Below, in pieces: positions 9,693 to 20,036 of a DNA stretch of 64,000 bases. The notes below the pieces were generated by a model, which was not told the origin of the DNA, ran no database searches, and saw only the letters and a program-made list of their open reading frames with translations. The stretch comes from an uncultured Nitrospiraceae bacterium (GTDB lineage: Bacteria > Nitrospirota > Thermodesulfovibrionia > Thermodesulfovibrionales > Dissulfurispiraceae), in assembly GCA_963705105.1 (NCBI GenBank), contig CAVPIW010000005.1:192001-256000 (forward strand). Reading direction: 5' to 3'. Made by a program: the position numbers and the translations under genes. Positions within the stretch are counted from its first letter, which is position 1, and each line of letters starts with the position of its first letter.

Positions 9693-11225
9693 GTGCAGAT
9701 GCCCGAAAAAACATCCTCGCTCAGATCTTCCATGAGCCGCAGGCGACGACACCCGGCATGGCTTATCCCTCTTCTTTTGTCTCTTTCTATCCTCGTTTGC
9801 TATGGCCCGGTCATCCTTGTGCCTTACGCTTTCTCCGATGACTACTCCTTGTTTTACAATGCTGCCGTCGACAAGAACTTCGTCGACCGGGAGCAGGTCA
9901 TCGCATCGGGACGGCCTCTCAATGCATTCTTCCTTGAACGGACCTTTACAGCACTGACGGGAATCGCAGACTTGCGATATATAAGGTTTGCGGGAGTCAT
10001 CGGCATCATTGCACTGGCCCTCCTCATTTTCAGGGTATTGTCGACCCACGGATGGAACAGGTTACAGTCAGCACTCATATCAATCGTCATCTGCACCCTT
10101 CCTCCATTTCAGGTATTTGCCGCCTGGGCGACGACGTCTTTGTTCCCATACTCCGCATTGCTGTCCGGGCTGGGGTTCATCGTCGCAGAAAAGGGTCTTT
10201 TGATAAAAGGGTCCAGCCGCTTAATCTCTTCTGCGATTGCCTTGGCGCTCCTGTCCGTATCTTTTGCCGTCTATCAGCCGACAGCTATGTTTTTCTGGTT
10301 TTTTGCCGCAGTCCTTTTCCTGCATGAGCAAGACACACCCGCCCTCACCCTCCGGCGCTTTCTCTGTTTCTTTGTAATCATGGCTTCCGCTATGATTGTT
10401 GCGTACATCATGGTCAAGGCCGGTCAGGCGCTGTTTCCCGGTGCTGTCGGGCCTGAAAGGTCTTCTATCAGCAGCGACGCCGTCGGTAAAATGCTTTGGT
10501 TCATCCGCGAACCTCTGAAAAACGCCTTTAACCTCCACAGCATCCGGCCGAGCAAGTCTGCGGCTGTCACCGCCTTTTTTTTCAGCATGTGCGGCCTTAT
10601 GCTCTTTTTGAAGGGTCCCCTGATGAATCGTGTCACTCTGACTGCTCTCCTTTTCTTCATCCTCCCCCTGAGTTTCCTGCCTAACCTCATCGCTTCCCAC
10701 AACTGGTTTGCATATCGCATGATCATGGTTGTCGAGTCCCTCGTCGTCATCTATGGACTTTGCGCAATCAGGGGCTTCCTGAGCTTCCTTTCAACAGATC
10801 GCCGGAAACTGATTCTCAACGGCCTCCTGCTTGCGGCTGCTGCAACATGTCTCGTCGTCTCATCCAAAACCGTCCGCTCGTATTTCATAGAGCCTCAGAT
10901 GACAGAGATGAAGCTGGCCCGTGAGGCAGTTTCCCTGATCGATATGTCAAGAGTCACAACCGTCTACGTCATCCCCTCGACTTGGGACGATCACCTGGCG
11001 CCTCACGTATTTTACGACGAGTTCGGATTACCGTCTTCCGTCCACACATGGTCCTCCAAAGCCATGGTCGCTCTTTTCATGAGGGAGCGGGGATATCCGG
11101 CGACAGTCAAGACGGAGTCTGCGACGGCGGATGCCGTGCCTGCTATTGGGGAGAGCCGGACAGCCGTCATAGATTTTCGGTCTATTTTGGGAAACTTCAG
11201 GGACCGGAAAAAGCCCTCAGGCTGA
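9693..11225 (+). CDS. GT-C membrane glycosyltransferase, GtrII-like
   Basis: FSDDY near N-terminus, GRPL, YQP motif, about 11 TM helices; divergent from gtrB-like gene; start uncertain. Confidence 0.65.
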   Translation: MQMPEKTSSLRSSMSRRRRHPAWLIPLLLSLSILVCYGPVILVPYAFSDDYSLFYNAAVDKNFVDREQVIASGRPLNAFFLERTFTALTGIADLRYIRFAGVIGIIALALLIFRVLSTHGWNRLQSALISIVICTLPPFQVFAAWATTSLFPYSALLSGLGFIVAEKGLLIKGSSRLISSAIALALLSVSFAVYQPTAMFFWFFAAVLFLHEQDTPALTLRRFLCFFVIMASAMIVAYIMVKAGQALFPGAVGPERSSISSDAVGKMLWFIREPLKNAFNLHSIRPSKSAAVTAFFFSMCGLMLFLKGPLMNRVTLTALLFFILPLSFLPNLIASHNWFAYRMIMVVESLVVIYGLCAIRGFLSFLSTDRRKLILNGLLLAAAATCLVVSSKTVRSYFIEPQMTEMKLAREAVSLIDMSRVTTVYVIPSTWDDHLAPHVFYDEFGLPSSVHTWSSKAMVALFMRERGYPATVKTESATADAVPAIGESRTAVIDFRSILGNFRDRKKPSG

Positions 11226-11333
11226 TCCTTTCGGATGTCTTCTTGCTCTTTCCGTTATGACAGGATCCTGATCTCCTGACCGTGATGACCTGCAGAGTTT
11301 CTCGTTAATTTGCCATAGCCACATTGTTCCGCT

Positions 11334-12905
11334 TCAGTTGACACGCACGACCTCGAAGCCCTTCGCGCTCGCAATCGGGGTGAATGAATAGCTCTTCCCC
11401 TTGTGATCAAACTGCAGCGACCGTCCGGCATTCGACGCACGGACGGTCTCAAGCACCTGCGACGTGGTGACGACGCGCTGACCCTTGAGATGCTCTATGT
11501 CATCCAGGTTAAAAACTTCCCGGACAGGGCCTCTCTTTGAAAGATAGTAGACCGCGCTCGGGGAGTATAGAAACAGTGTTGTAATGGGCACGCCCGGATC
11601 GAGTCTTTCCACGATCGGCGCAATCGGCGGAACGGTGTTGGTGAAATTCAATTTCTGGAGCGTTGCCAGCACCGGCACGAAGCAGAGGGCAGCGACAAGG
11701 ACAATGGAAAGCGCATTCTTCCAGTGCGGCATTCTACGGCCGATGAAGGAAACGAGCGCGCCCAGCGCAAGCACAAGGAGCAGTGCCTTGACGATGTTCG
11801 AACCCGTGCTCCGCGGAAAAACCTCACGGTTGAAGAAATATGTCACAGTGACCACAAGACCGAGGTACAGGACAAGCTTGTTCAGGTAGTCGCCGCGCTG
11901 AACGAATGCCACGAGTGCCCGGGCTGTCAGGATCGCGAGCGGGAGATAGAGAGGGAAGACATACCATGGTTGCTGTGACTGCGAACCGTTGACGACCAGG
12001 AAAGCACCGACTGCCCAGACTATAAGGCACAGGTCTATCGTCTTCCTCTCTTCGGCATAGACCCTGACCGCAAACAAGAGAGACGTCAGCGCCGCACCGT
12101 ACCAGAGCCAGTTCTCCGGCGACAGCATTGTGTCGATATAGAACATGTCCGAGTGACTGAACCCGGCCGGCCTCTCCGTGTAGCGGGCGATGAAATTCTT
12201 GAGAATGTGCTGCCGGATGAATTCGTGACCGAATGTGACGTACATGTAGACATACCAGGGAAGAACGATGAAGCACGTCATTGCAAGGCACGTCAATCCC
12301 TCTTTCAGGATGATCTCCTTTCTGCCGACCCTCTCCGCAGAGATCATCGCGGCAATCACCAGGATGGGGATGACCACAATAGGGCCTTTGCACAGAGCGG
12401 CGCCGGAAAGGCACAAAGCGGTGAAGACCACCCGACGGCTTCCGCGACGGAACAAAACCCACGAAGAAACGGCTCCCGTCAGGAAGAAAAGGGTGATGCT
12501 GTCGATATCGGCGTTCCTCAGTCCGTGATTGAAAACGAGTTGGACCGTCGTCACGACAATGAGCACCGAAAGTGCGGCCGTCCATGGTCCGAAATAACGC
12601 CTGGCCAGGAAAAAGACCTGGAGAAGCAGCCCGAATCCGATCACGGCAGATCCCAGTCGGGCCGTACCTTCGTTGACACCGAAAAGCTTGAAAGAGAGAA
12701 TCATGGGATAGAGGCTCAGAGGAGACTTGTCCCAAAACACCTGATTCTGAAACCGCAGGAACAGATAGTTGCCGTCCTCAATCGCCCGCTGCGCCATGAC
12801 GACATACCACGCCTCGTCCCAATCGACGAGATAGTGGCCGTCAAGATTATAGAAAAGCACAAACAGAGAGAAAGCAAAGACGCAGATCACGAAAAGCTTC
12901 GTCAT
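11334..12905 (-). CDS. ArnT/PMT-family (GT83/39) membrane glycosyltransferase, copy 2
   Basis: DWDEAWY, WDKSPL, ARL, LCKGP, PWYVFPLYLPLA. Confidence 0.85.
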   Translation of the reverse strand: MTKLFVICVFAFSLFVLFYNLDGHYLVDWDEAWYVVMAQRAIEDGNYLFLRFQNQVFWDKSPLSLYPMILSFKLFGVNEGTARLGSAVIGFGLLLQVFFLARRYFGPWTAALSVLIVVTTVQLVFNHGLRNADIDSITLFFLTGAVSSWVLFRRGSRRVVFTALCLSGAALCKGPIVVIPILVIAAMISAERVGRKEIILKEGLTCLAMTCFIVLPWYVYMYVTFGHEFIRQHILKNFIARYTERPAGFSHSDMFYIDTMLSPENWLWYGAALTSLLFAVRVYAEERKTIDLCLIVWAVGAFLVVNGSQSQQPWYVFPLYLPLAILTARALVAFVQRGDYLNKLVLYLGLVVTVTYFFNREVFPRSTGSNIVKALLLVLALGALVSFIGRRMPHWKNALSIVLVAALCFVPVLATLQKLNFTNTVPPIAPIVERLDPGVPITTLFLYSPSAVYYLSKRGPVREVFNLDDIEHLKGQRVVTTSQVLETVRASNAGRSLQFDHKGKSYSFTPIASAKGFEVVRVN

Positions 12906-12910
12906 ACCGC

Positions 12911-13003
12911 GTGGCCGCGTTCACTGATGTCTATGCCGTGATGCCGGAAAATCCCCGTCCCCGGTGGGCCTTGATGAGAGCTCCGCCGGAACAGCCGATT
13001 TCC
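12911..13003 (-). pseudogene. Remnant of a duplicated methyltransferase gene
   Basis: Near-identical to 15143-15235 (CGCGTTCACTGATGTCTATGCCG..GATGCCGGAAAATCCCC..CCTTGATGAGAGC). Confidence 0.85.
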
Positions 13004-13047
13004 CTGCGAGTCGCATACTTTTGCGTCTATCGCCGAGCGAACGGGCA

Positions 13048-14616
13048 TCATTCCACTTTTACCATGGAAAAAACATCCGCGCTGAACAGTGGGGTCACCG
13101 TATAATGCTCCCCCTGAAATGTATAAGGAAATGGACCGTCCGGGACATCCTTGTTCAGGCCCTTCAGTGCATCCTTTGTTGTGATGACGACGCGACCTCT
13201 CAGTTTCGGGAAGTCATCATAGGAGAAGAATTCCTGCAGGATACCCTTCTTCGACAGATAGTAGCTTGCGCCTGGATTGTACAGTAGAAAGGTCGCAATC
13301 GTGCTGTTCTGTTCGACCCGCTCAGCGATGGAATGAATCGGGGCATCCCTGCTCGTGTATCCTGCAAGATCGTAGGACCTGTATGCAGGGTACAAAAACA
13401 GCAGGCACACCAACAGGGTGGAGAATGCCTTTCTATATTCCGGCAGCTTTTTTTCTATCAGTGTGTCGATGCAGAACAGACCGAGGCACACGATGCATGC
13501 CCTCGCGATGTTTGGTGCGTTATGCTCCGGAAAGATCTCACGGTTGAGATAGGCGGCAAGTATGATGATTGATCCGAAGTAAAAGGCAGCGATGTTGAGA
13601 TAATTTTTTTTCCCGATGAAGTCGTCAAGTGTTTTTGCCGCCATAATCGCCAGCGGCGGGTAGAGGGGAAAGATGTACCATGCCAACTTTGTGTGGGAGA
13701 GGTTTACGATGATATAGGTGGTGAACACCCATGAAATGAGTGCAAGGTGCGCGGGATTCTTCTCTTCGGCATAGAGCTTGAAAAAATAGAAAAACCCCAG
13801 CATGCCGACGCCATACCAAAGGAAGTTCTCGGGAGAGAGGAGCACGCCGGTGAAATACATGTCACCGTATGTATGATGGTCCAGTCCAACTGTGTACCGT
13901 TCAAGAAAGTTCCGCAGAATGTGATTTTGAATGAACACTCTGCCGAAAGCAACGTACATGTATGCATACCAGGGAACGACAATGACGAGCATAGTCAGGA
14001 GAGCCGTCATGAACGATTTCAGCATCCGACCCTTCAACGGATTGCCGACCAGGAGATTCAGAGCGACCACGGCAAGCGGTATCACAATGATCGGCCCTTT
14101 ACAGAGAAAGGCTAAGCCCAGGGAGGCAAAGGTCCCGGCAACCCTGGCTGCCGGTCTCTCTATAAGGAACCAGCAACTCAGTGAGCCCGTGACGAAAAAT
14201 ATCGTGATCCCATCAATATTCGCGGTCCTGAGACCGTGGAGAAAGATAAACTGCGTTGATGTCACCGCAATGAGCACGGCGAGTGCTCCTGCGACAGGGC
14301 CGTAGAATTTCCTTGCAAGAAGAAAGATCTGGATCATCACGCCGAGGCCGAATATGGCAGAGGGCAGGCGGGCAGTCGCCTCCGTGATCCCGAAGATCTT
14401 GAATGACAGCATCATGGGATAAATTGTGAAGGGCGACTTGTCCCAGAACACCTGATTCTGAAACCGCAGGAAAAGATAGTTGCCGTCCTCAATCGCCCGC
14501 TGCGCCATCAGGACATACCATGCCTCATCCCAATCGACGAGATAGTGTCCGTCAAGATTATAGAAAAGCACAAAGGAGGAGAAAGCGAAGACGCAGGTCA
14601 CAAAGAGCTTCGTCAT
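13048..14616 (-). CDS. ArnT/PMT-family membrane glycosyltransferase, copy 1
   Basis: Same motifs; N-terminal ~60 aa almost identical to 11334-12905. Confidence 0.85.
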   Translation of the reverse strand: MTKLFVTCVFAFSSFVLFYNLDGHYLVDWDEAWYVLMAQRAIEDGNYLFLRFQNQVFWDKSPFTIYPMMLSFKIFGITEATARLPSAIFGLGVMIQIFLLARKFYGPVAGALAVLIAVTSTQFIFLHGLRTANIDGITIFFVTGSLSCWFLIERPAARVAGTFASLGLAFLCKGPIIVIPLAVVALNLLVGNPLKGRMLKSFMTALLTMLVIVVPWYAYMYVAFGRVFIQNHILRNFLERYTVGLDHHTYGDMYFTGVLLSPENFLWYGVGMLGFFYFFKLYAEEKNPAHLALISWVFTTYIIVNLSHTKLAWYIFPLYPPLAIMAAKTLDDFIGKKNYLNIAAFYFGSIIILAAYLNREIFPEHNAPNIARACIVCLGLFCIDTLIEKKLPEYRKAFSTLLVCLLFLYPAYRSYDLAGYTSRDAPIHSIAERVEQNSTIATFLLYNPGASYYLSKKGILQEFFSYDDFPKLRGRVVITTKDALKGLNKDVPDGPFPYTFQGEHYTVTPLFSADVFSMVKVE

Positions 14617-15353
14617 GCCGACGGCTTCGTTGCATCAGCGAAGAGACTGACCCCGAAGGGCAGGTCGGCCGCTTCCATGATCCTGTTTTCAGACTTCACA
14701 AGCAATACAAGAAGACTGTTCACCACGGGATTGACGGGCTGCAACTGATCGCTCGATTCTCTCCCCTGCCATCTCAAAACACGCTGGGCGATACGCACCA
14801 GGGCTGCGGGAAAAAAGAGGATACAGTTCCAGAATGAAACCCTTTTCACGGAGAAGCCCGCATCCAGAAGAGCTCCTTTCAGTTGAGACCGCGAATATCT
14901 CCTGAAGTGGTGGTTAACTTCGTCATGACGGCTCCACAAAAAGGGAAAGGCAGGCACAAAGACGATCATTCTGCCTCCTTTTTTCAGCAGCCTCTTCCAT
15001 TCGCGGAGCGCCGATCCGTCATCCTTCATGTGTTCAAGGATATCCGAGGCGATGACGATGTCGAACGTCTCGTCGTCGAAATCCAGCACCGCGGCGTCCA
15101 TGACCATGACATTATCGAGACCCCGCTGCCTGCACACATCGATGGCGCGTTCACTGATGTCTATGCCGGTGATGCCGGAAAATCCCCTCTCCCGGAGGGC
15201 CTTGATGAGAGCGCCGCCGGAGCAGCCGATCTCGAGTATTTTCGCCTGCCTTTCCCCATCGGGCAGGAGTCTCGATATCATGTCACGGCGGGCGACAAAC
15301 CACCAGTGCCCCTCTTCAAGGCTATGGTACTTTGATTCGAATTCCTTTTCCAT
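14613..15353 (-). CDS. Class I SAM methyltransferase
   Basis: HWWFVARR, ILEIGCSGG, SDILEH, HDEVNHHFRRY. Confidence 0.85.
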   Translation of the reverse strand: MEKEFESKYHSLEEGHWWFVARRDMISRLLPDGERQAKILEIGCSGGALIKALRERGFSGITGIDISERAIDVCRQRGLDNVMVMDAAVLDFDDETFDIVIASDILEHMKDDGSALREWKRLLKKGGRMIVFVPAFPFLWSRHDEVNHHFRRYSRSQLKGALLDAGFSVKRVSFWNCILFFPAALVRIAQRVLRWQGRESSDQLQPVNPVVNSLLVLLVKSENRIMEAADLPFGVSLFADATKPSA

Positions 15354-15395
15354 GGCGAAGAACCCCGAACGCCTTCCCTCCCATCTGCTCTATAT

Positions 15396-16409
15396 CTACA
15401 GTCCCCTCAGCAGACGACGCATCGTGGAGACATGGTCGCGCCTTCGTTCCAAACTCGGCTCCTTGGCTGCCTCCCTCGTCAGTTCCGTCAGTTCCCGCTT
15501 GAGGTCAGTGACTGATCTCTCCAGTTCCTCTGTGATTGAACTGCGCCGACTTTCATCATCAGCCTCTTCATCGCCGAGGGCGTGCAGGAGTCTCTCTATA
15601 TGCGACAACGCCGGGAGTTTCTCGAAAACAAGCGTGCAAACACACCACTCGACGTGGTACTCATGAGTGAAGAGGCCAAAGTGCTCATACATCCTGATTA
15701 GGGCATCCGGAGAGAAGTAGTAGTACTGGCCGGACGAGTGAGGATTCCTTCTGTACCCTTCGTTCGTGTGCTCGATCCTCATCCAGGCATTCGGTACCGA
15801 GTTAACGGCATAGTGACAGGCTCCGCACCCGTGGTCTGTCAAGACTCTGGCGATTTCCTTGGTGTAGAGAAACGTGTCCTCCAGGGCAATGTGCACGAAG
15901 ACGTCATAGCTGAAAAAGAAGTCGACGCTGCTATCCGCAACGGGAAGGAAGTCTTTTCCGCTGGCGAGCACGTACTCGACATTCCCTATACCCTCTGCCT
16001 CCATGCGCTGTCGAGTCCGCCTGAGCATCTCCTCGGCAACGTCCAACACAATGAGTTTCTTGACTCTCCTTGCAAGCCGGACAGACCACTTCCCTCCGCC
16101 CGGTCCAACTTCGAGGACCGTCATTTCCGGTTTCAGGAACCGCTCTGCGTAAACCTGGAAGTAGAACTCATCACGTTTCCTGTCGCGGGTGCGGTCATCA
16201 TTCCACTCGTCCCCGAGATGGGCGTATCGATCAGAGAAACGCGTGTCCCATGTCTTGCTGTAGGCATTCCAGTCCCGGCTATAGCGGTTCTCTTCCGTGT
16301 TAGCGTCCGCGCCGGACCTTTGGTCGGCACTCACCGGCGACGTCCCTTCTTTCTCACTTCCATGCTCAGTCAGCTTCGTACTCCCTTGCAGGAAACGTTT
16401 CAACCCCAT
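15396..16409 (-). CDS. Class I SAM methyltransferase with C-terminal coiled coil
   Basis: VLEVGPGGGKW, SYDVFVH; Glu/Arg-rich helical tail. Confidence 0.8.
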   Translation of the reverse strand: MGLKRFLQGSTKLTEHGSEKEGTSPVSADQRSGADANTEENRYSRDWNAYSKTWDTRFSDRYAHLGDEWNDDRTRDRKRDEFYFQVYAERFLKPEMTVLEVGPGGGKWSVRLARRVKKLIVLDVAEEMLRRTRQRMEAEGIGNVEYVLASGKDFLPVADSSVDFFFSYDVFVHIALEDTFLYTKEIARVLTDHGCGACHYAVNSVPNAWMRIEHTNEGYRRNPHSSGQYYYFSPDALIRMYEHFGLFTHEYHVEWCVCTLVFEKLPALSHIERLLHALGDEEADDESRRSSITEELERSVTDLKRELTELTREAAKEPSLERRRDHVSTMRRLLRGL

Positions 16410-16494
16410 GGTTACCTCCGTATATTGTAAGATCCTTAATCAGTTGTCAGCCCACCGTTTAAGGGGAACATGCAACCACATAAAGAGTGACTGA

Positions 16495-16528
16495 TGTCGG
16501 GGTCGGTCCCCGAAACGGCCCGACATCG
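16495..16528. repeat. REP-like imperfect hairpin
   Basis: GATGTCGGG..TCCCCGAAACGGCCCGACATC; resembles 51193-51220. Confidence 0.4.
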
Positions 16529-16568
16529 GTGAAACGGTCTGCCCCACCTTTTAACGCAACGAACACGG

Positions 16569-17471
16569 TTATCCCTCCTTTTCCGCCAGCACGAACGTCG
16601 TCGAGGCGAAGACCATTGCATTGCCCCTTTCGTGGAATCGCCGGTCAAGCGGTTTCAGCACAAGACTAAGGATCTTTAGAAGCACCCGTGCCGGCACATG
16701 AACGAGGGGATGGAAATACTCCCTGAAGAACCGGGAACTGAGATCAAAGAATGCATAGATCGGACCGACGCAGGTCCCGCTGTCGACGATACGGAAACCG
16801 CATTTTTCAAACACCAGCGCATGCCCTGTGAGAGTAAAATTCTGAAAGTGGTTCGGATAGCCGTGATATGCCTGAAGAAACGGTGTTATGGAGAGCACCC
16901 TGCCCGCTCCTCTGAGGACCCTGAACATCTCGCTAACGGCCCTCTCCGGATCGGAAAGGTGCTCCAGCACGGCCTCACAGAATATCGCATCCACACTGCC
17001 CTGTGCATAGGGGAGATGGTGGGCGTCTGCAACGACATCGACATTCGGAAAGGGCCCGATGTTCAGGTTCGTGAAGACCGGATGCTGCCGGGCAGGCCCT
17101 CCGCCTATCGACAGGACCAATGACTGCCCCGTATCGAGCGAATCAAACATATTACTGAAATAGGTGTAAGTCTTCCTGTTCCGGTAATCCTTCCGGAGGA
17201 AAGTCCCGAACCGGTGCCGCGCAATCTCCCATGAGCCGAATCGCCTCTTCTCACACCCGTATTCCCCGCTCATCCTTTCCGAGGATTTCGCATACCTGTC
17301 CGCCCAGACGGGATCGAGGAGGAGGACGGGAACGACCGTGTCCCCGTTCCTGATGACGGGGAACGACTCTCCTCCCTCCGTCGCAATAAAGCGTCCGTCG
17401 GCAGAAAAAAGAGAGACGTTCGAATGTCCGCGGGCTGACGATGATTCCCTTTTCAATTTGACGGAGGACAT
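16569..17471 (-). CDS. Class I SAM methyltransferase
   Basis: LSIGGG, VADAHHLP, AVLEHL, HGYP. Confidence 0.8.
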   Translation of the reverse strand: MSSVKLKRESSSARGHSNVSLFSADGRFIATEGGESFPVIRNGDTVVPVLLLDPVWADRYAKSSERMSGEYGCEKRRFGSWEIARHRFGTFLRKDYRNRKTYTYFSNMFDSLDTGQSLVLSIGGGPARQHPVFTNLNIGPFPNVDVVADAHHLPYAQGSVDAIFCEAVLEHLSDPERAVSEMFRVLRGAGRVLSITPFLQAYHGYPNHFQNFTLTGHALVFEKCGFRIVDSGTCVGPIYAFFDLSSRFFREYFHPLVHVPARVLLKILSLVLKPLDRRFHERGNAMVFASTTFVLAEKEG

Positions 17472-18917
17472 TCACAACCCCGCGCCCCCCTCTTTCTCCG
17501 TGGCCTTTGCATAGAGACCGGTCATCCTCTCCATGTGCTCATCCATGCTCACGATCTTCGTCTCCCGTGCGCCCCGGGTGATCCTGTCCAACACTGCGGG
17601 ATCATCGAGTATGATACCGATCTTTTCCGCCAGTTCCCCTTCCCGGTAAGGATCGAAAAGAAAGCCGTTCACTCCGTCCTCGATCGCCTCCGGGACTCCG
17701 CCGAGCCTTGAACCGATGACAGGCACGCCGTGCAGAAGGGTTTCCCTCACGACAAGGGGATAGTTCTCCTCCCAGAGGGAAGGGAAGACGACGAGGTGGA
17801 CCTTCGAGAGTATATCTTTCATTTCCCTGTCGCTCCGGTAGCCGCCGTGCAGGAAGACCTTTCCCCCGGGAAACTGACGGGCATACTGTTTCACTTCTTC
17901 ATAGTAGAGTTCGTTCACCGGTCTGCCGTGGATGTGCACTTCTACCCTTTCCCTCTTCCCGAGCTTCATCACCTCCCGGAGGATAACATGGGCGCCCTTG
18001 AAGGGAACAATATTTCCCAGGTAGGCGATTCGCAGCGTGCCGTCAAAAGGCATGTTTTTTACCTTGTCGACGCCGTAGAAGCCGAGCGGTACATGCAGGA
18101 TCTCCCGGTACCCTTCATCTTCATACCTCCTCTTCAAATGCCGGGACGGGCTCAGGACGACACGGGGAAATTCGAACTGGCGCTTAAAAAATGTATACCG
18201 GAAAACATGATCCCTCACGTTTTCATCATTCACCGGCTCTTCGGCCTTCACGTCGGCGACGGGCTGTTTGTACAGGATCGCTTTTATCTTCTGTATCATG
18301 GCAGGCGACAATCGTTCCTTCGGGTTCATCTTCGCCACGAGACGGGACTGGAGGATGCGCGACAGGAACCCGAACCTGGGCGTCACCGACGGATTGGGCA
18401 CCGCAACGTCATGACAGGACGCGCAGTAGACACCCCCTTTCGGTCCCGGGCAGGCGCCGAATCCCGGCCTGATGAGCTGACTGCGGAAGCAGATGTACCA
18501 GTAATCGTGGACCGTGAAGAGGCTCGGCACCCCAAGCTGATGAGCGATCTCCGGCAGGTTGCCCGAGAGGAACGGGAGGTGCTGAAAGTGAATGATATCG
18601 GGTTTTTCCCGTTCAGTTATTTCCCTGAATATGCCGTCGATGGCCTCGTCGATGAAGAAATCCCTGAACGTCCGGGTGAAGTAAAAGGAATTGACGACCT
18701 TGATGACACGGAGCCCCTCGAAGGTGGTGTGGATCACCTTGTACCTGTCGATCGACAGGTCCTGGAGTCCCGTCAGGACAACCACCTCGTGCCCCCTTCT
18801 CACGAGCTCCTGAGAGAGGTGATAAGTGTAAAACTCCGATCCCCCGACGCTTTCCGGGAGAAAACAGAGAACGACCATCATGATTTTCTGCTTCTGACAA
18901 TTAGATGCGAGAGACAT
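17472..18917 (-). CDS. GT4 glycosyltransferase
   Basis: GGSEFY, TVHDYWYIC, PSLWEENYPLVVRE, SRLGGVPE; start uncertain (18938/18917/18882). Confidence 0.9.
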   Translation of the reverse strand: MSLASNCQKQKIMMVVLCFLPESVGGSEFYTYHLSQELVRRGHEVVVLTGLQDLSIDRYKVIHTTFEGLRVIKVVNSFYFTRTFRDFFIDEAIDGIFREITEREKPDIIHFQHLPFLSGNLPEIAHQLGVPSLFTVHDYWYICFRSQLIRPGFGACPGPKGGVYCASCHDVAVPNPSVTPRFGFLSRILQSRLVAKMNPKERLSPAMIQKIKAILYKQPVADVKAEEPVNDENVRDHVFRYTFFKRQFEFPRVVLSPSRHLKRRYEDEGYREILHVPLGFYGVDKVKNMPFDGTLRIAYLGNIVPFKGAHVILREVMKLGKRERVEVHIHGRPVNELYYEEVKQYARQFPGGKVFLHGGYRSDREMKDILSKVHLVVFPSLWEENYPLVVRETLLHGVPVIGSRLGGVPEAIEDGVNGFLFDPYREGELAEKIGIILDDPAVLDRITRGARETKIVSMDEHMERMTGLYAKATEKEGGAGL

Positions 18918-18973
18918 GCGCTTCCTGCTTTCTGTCACCTGTTCTTTTGTCTACCGTCCACTGTTTGCTGCTT

Positions 18974-19186
18974 ACCTTATCGCTGCAATAGGATGTCCGG
19001 AAAGGCGGGATAAAGATGCCGAAAAGCCTTGGTGCTGCGAAACCTTTGCCTTCCCACAAGGATCATTTCAGGCCTACGGTCGATCGCACAAAGGATGAAT
19101 CCCACATTTCCAATTTCAACTGATCATTCTCGCTATCAGCAAGGCCTTGAGGCGCTTTATCCCGCCTTTTCACACAACTGAAAGGC
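18974..19186. mobile_element. MITE-like element family B, copy 2 (reverse orientation)
   Basis: Reverse complement of 6678-6910 (GCCGAAAAGCCTTGGTGCTGCGAAACCTTTGCC; TGATCATTCTCGCTATCAGCAAGG). Confidence 0.8.
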
Positions 19187-19202
19187 TTACTGCCTGCCTG
19201 CT

Positions 19203-20036
19203 TCACCGGGCCTCCCTGCTGCCGACATAGAGCCCCAATTCCTGCGCAAGCCGGTAGACGATGATGTGAAAGAGCCACATCGGACTATACCCGTTTTCCC
19301 TGACAAACCTGAAATCCGTCCGGACGTGCCGTTTCCAGTCGACATAGACGTCTTTCAGGGTCCTGTCCGGCAGGTTCAGGCAATGCTTAAGCGAACACCG
19401 CTCCTTCCGGTATCTCCTGAAGTAGTACCACGGAGATGACGAGTGCGAATGGAATACCCGGGCACAAGGGATGTAACGGATAGAGAATCCCCGGCTCATC
19501 ACTTCCTTTGCCCAGAAAAGATCCTCGCAGGCCGGGAGCGCTTCGTCGAATCTCACCTGCTCCCACATCCATTTCCTCACGGCCGCGTTCGCGTTCGAGA
19601 ACTTGTTGCCGTCCGGCCCCACCTCAGGGAAGTGGTTCAGGATGTCCCTTGCCTGGGACGGGCAGGTCTCGGGCCAGGGGATGTCCCGTCCAAAGGTAGC
19701 TGCCACTGCGGGATCCTCGAAGGGCTCGACCATGAGGTTGAAATAATCGACTCCTTCCGGCACCGAGTGCCCGCTCAGGTGGAGCATAATATCGCCCCGG
19801 GCCTCTGCTATCCCGATGTTGAGGGCGCGACCGAATGAGAACGCCTGCGGTTTCATTTCGATGACCCGGCAGCCCGAGGAACGGGCGATCCCGACGGTTT
19901 CATCAGTCGAGCCCGAATCGACGAGGATGATCTCGACGGGTCCGCCGTACTCCTGCTCCTTCAGCCTCTGCAGCACCCTGCCGAGATAGGCCGATTCGTT
20001 CTTCGTCCTGATTATGACGGAAACAGGAGGGGTCAT
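19203..20036 (-). CDS. GT2 glycosyltransferase
   Basis: SVIIRTKNE, VDSGSTDET, FSNANAA; paralog of 7735-8583. Confidence 0.85.
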   Translation of the reverse strand: MTPPVSVIIRTKNESAYLGRVLQRLKEQEYGGPVEIILVDSGSTDETVGIARSSGCRVIEMKPQAFSFGRALNIGIAEARGDIMLHLSGHSVPEGVDYFNLMVEPFEDPAVAATFGRDIPWPETCPSQARDILNHFPEVGPDGNKFSNANAAVRKWMWEQVRFDEALPACEDLFWAKEVMSRGFSIRYIPCARVFHSHSSSPWYYFRRYRKERCSLKHCLNLPDRTLKDVYVDWKRHVRTDFRFVRENGYSPMWLFHIIVYRLAQELGLYVGSREAR

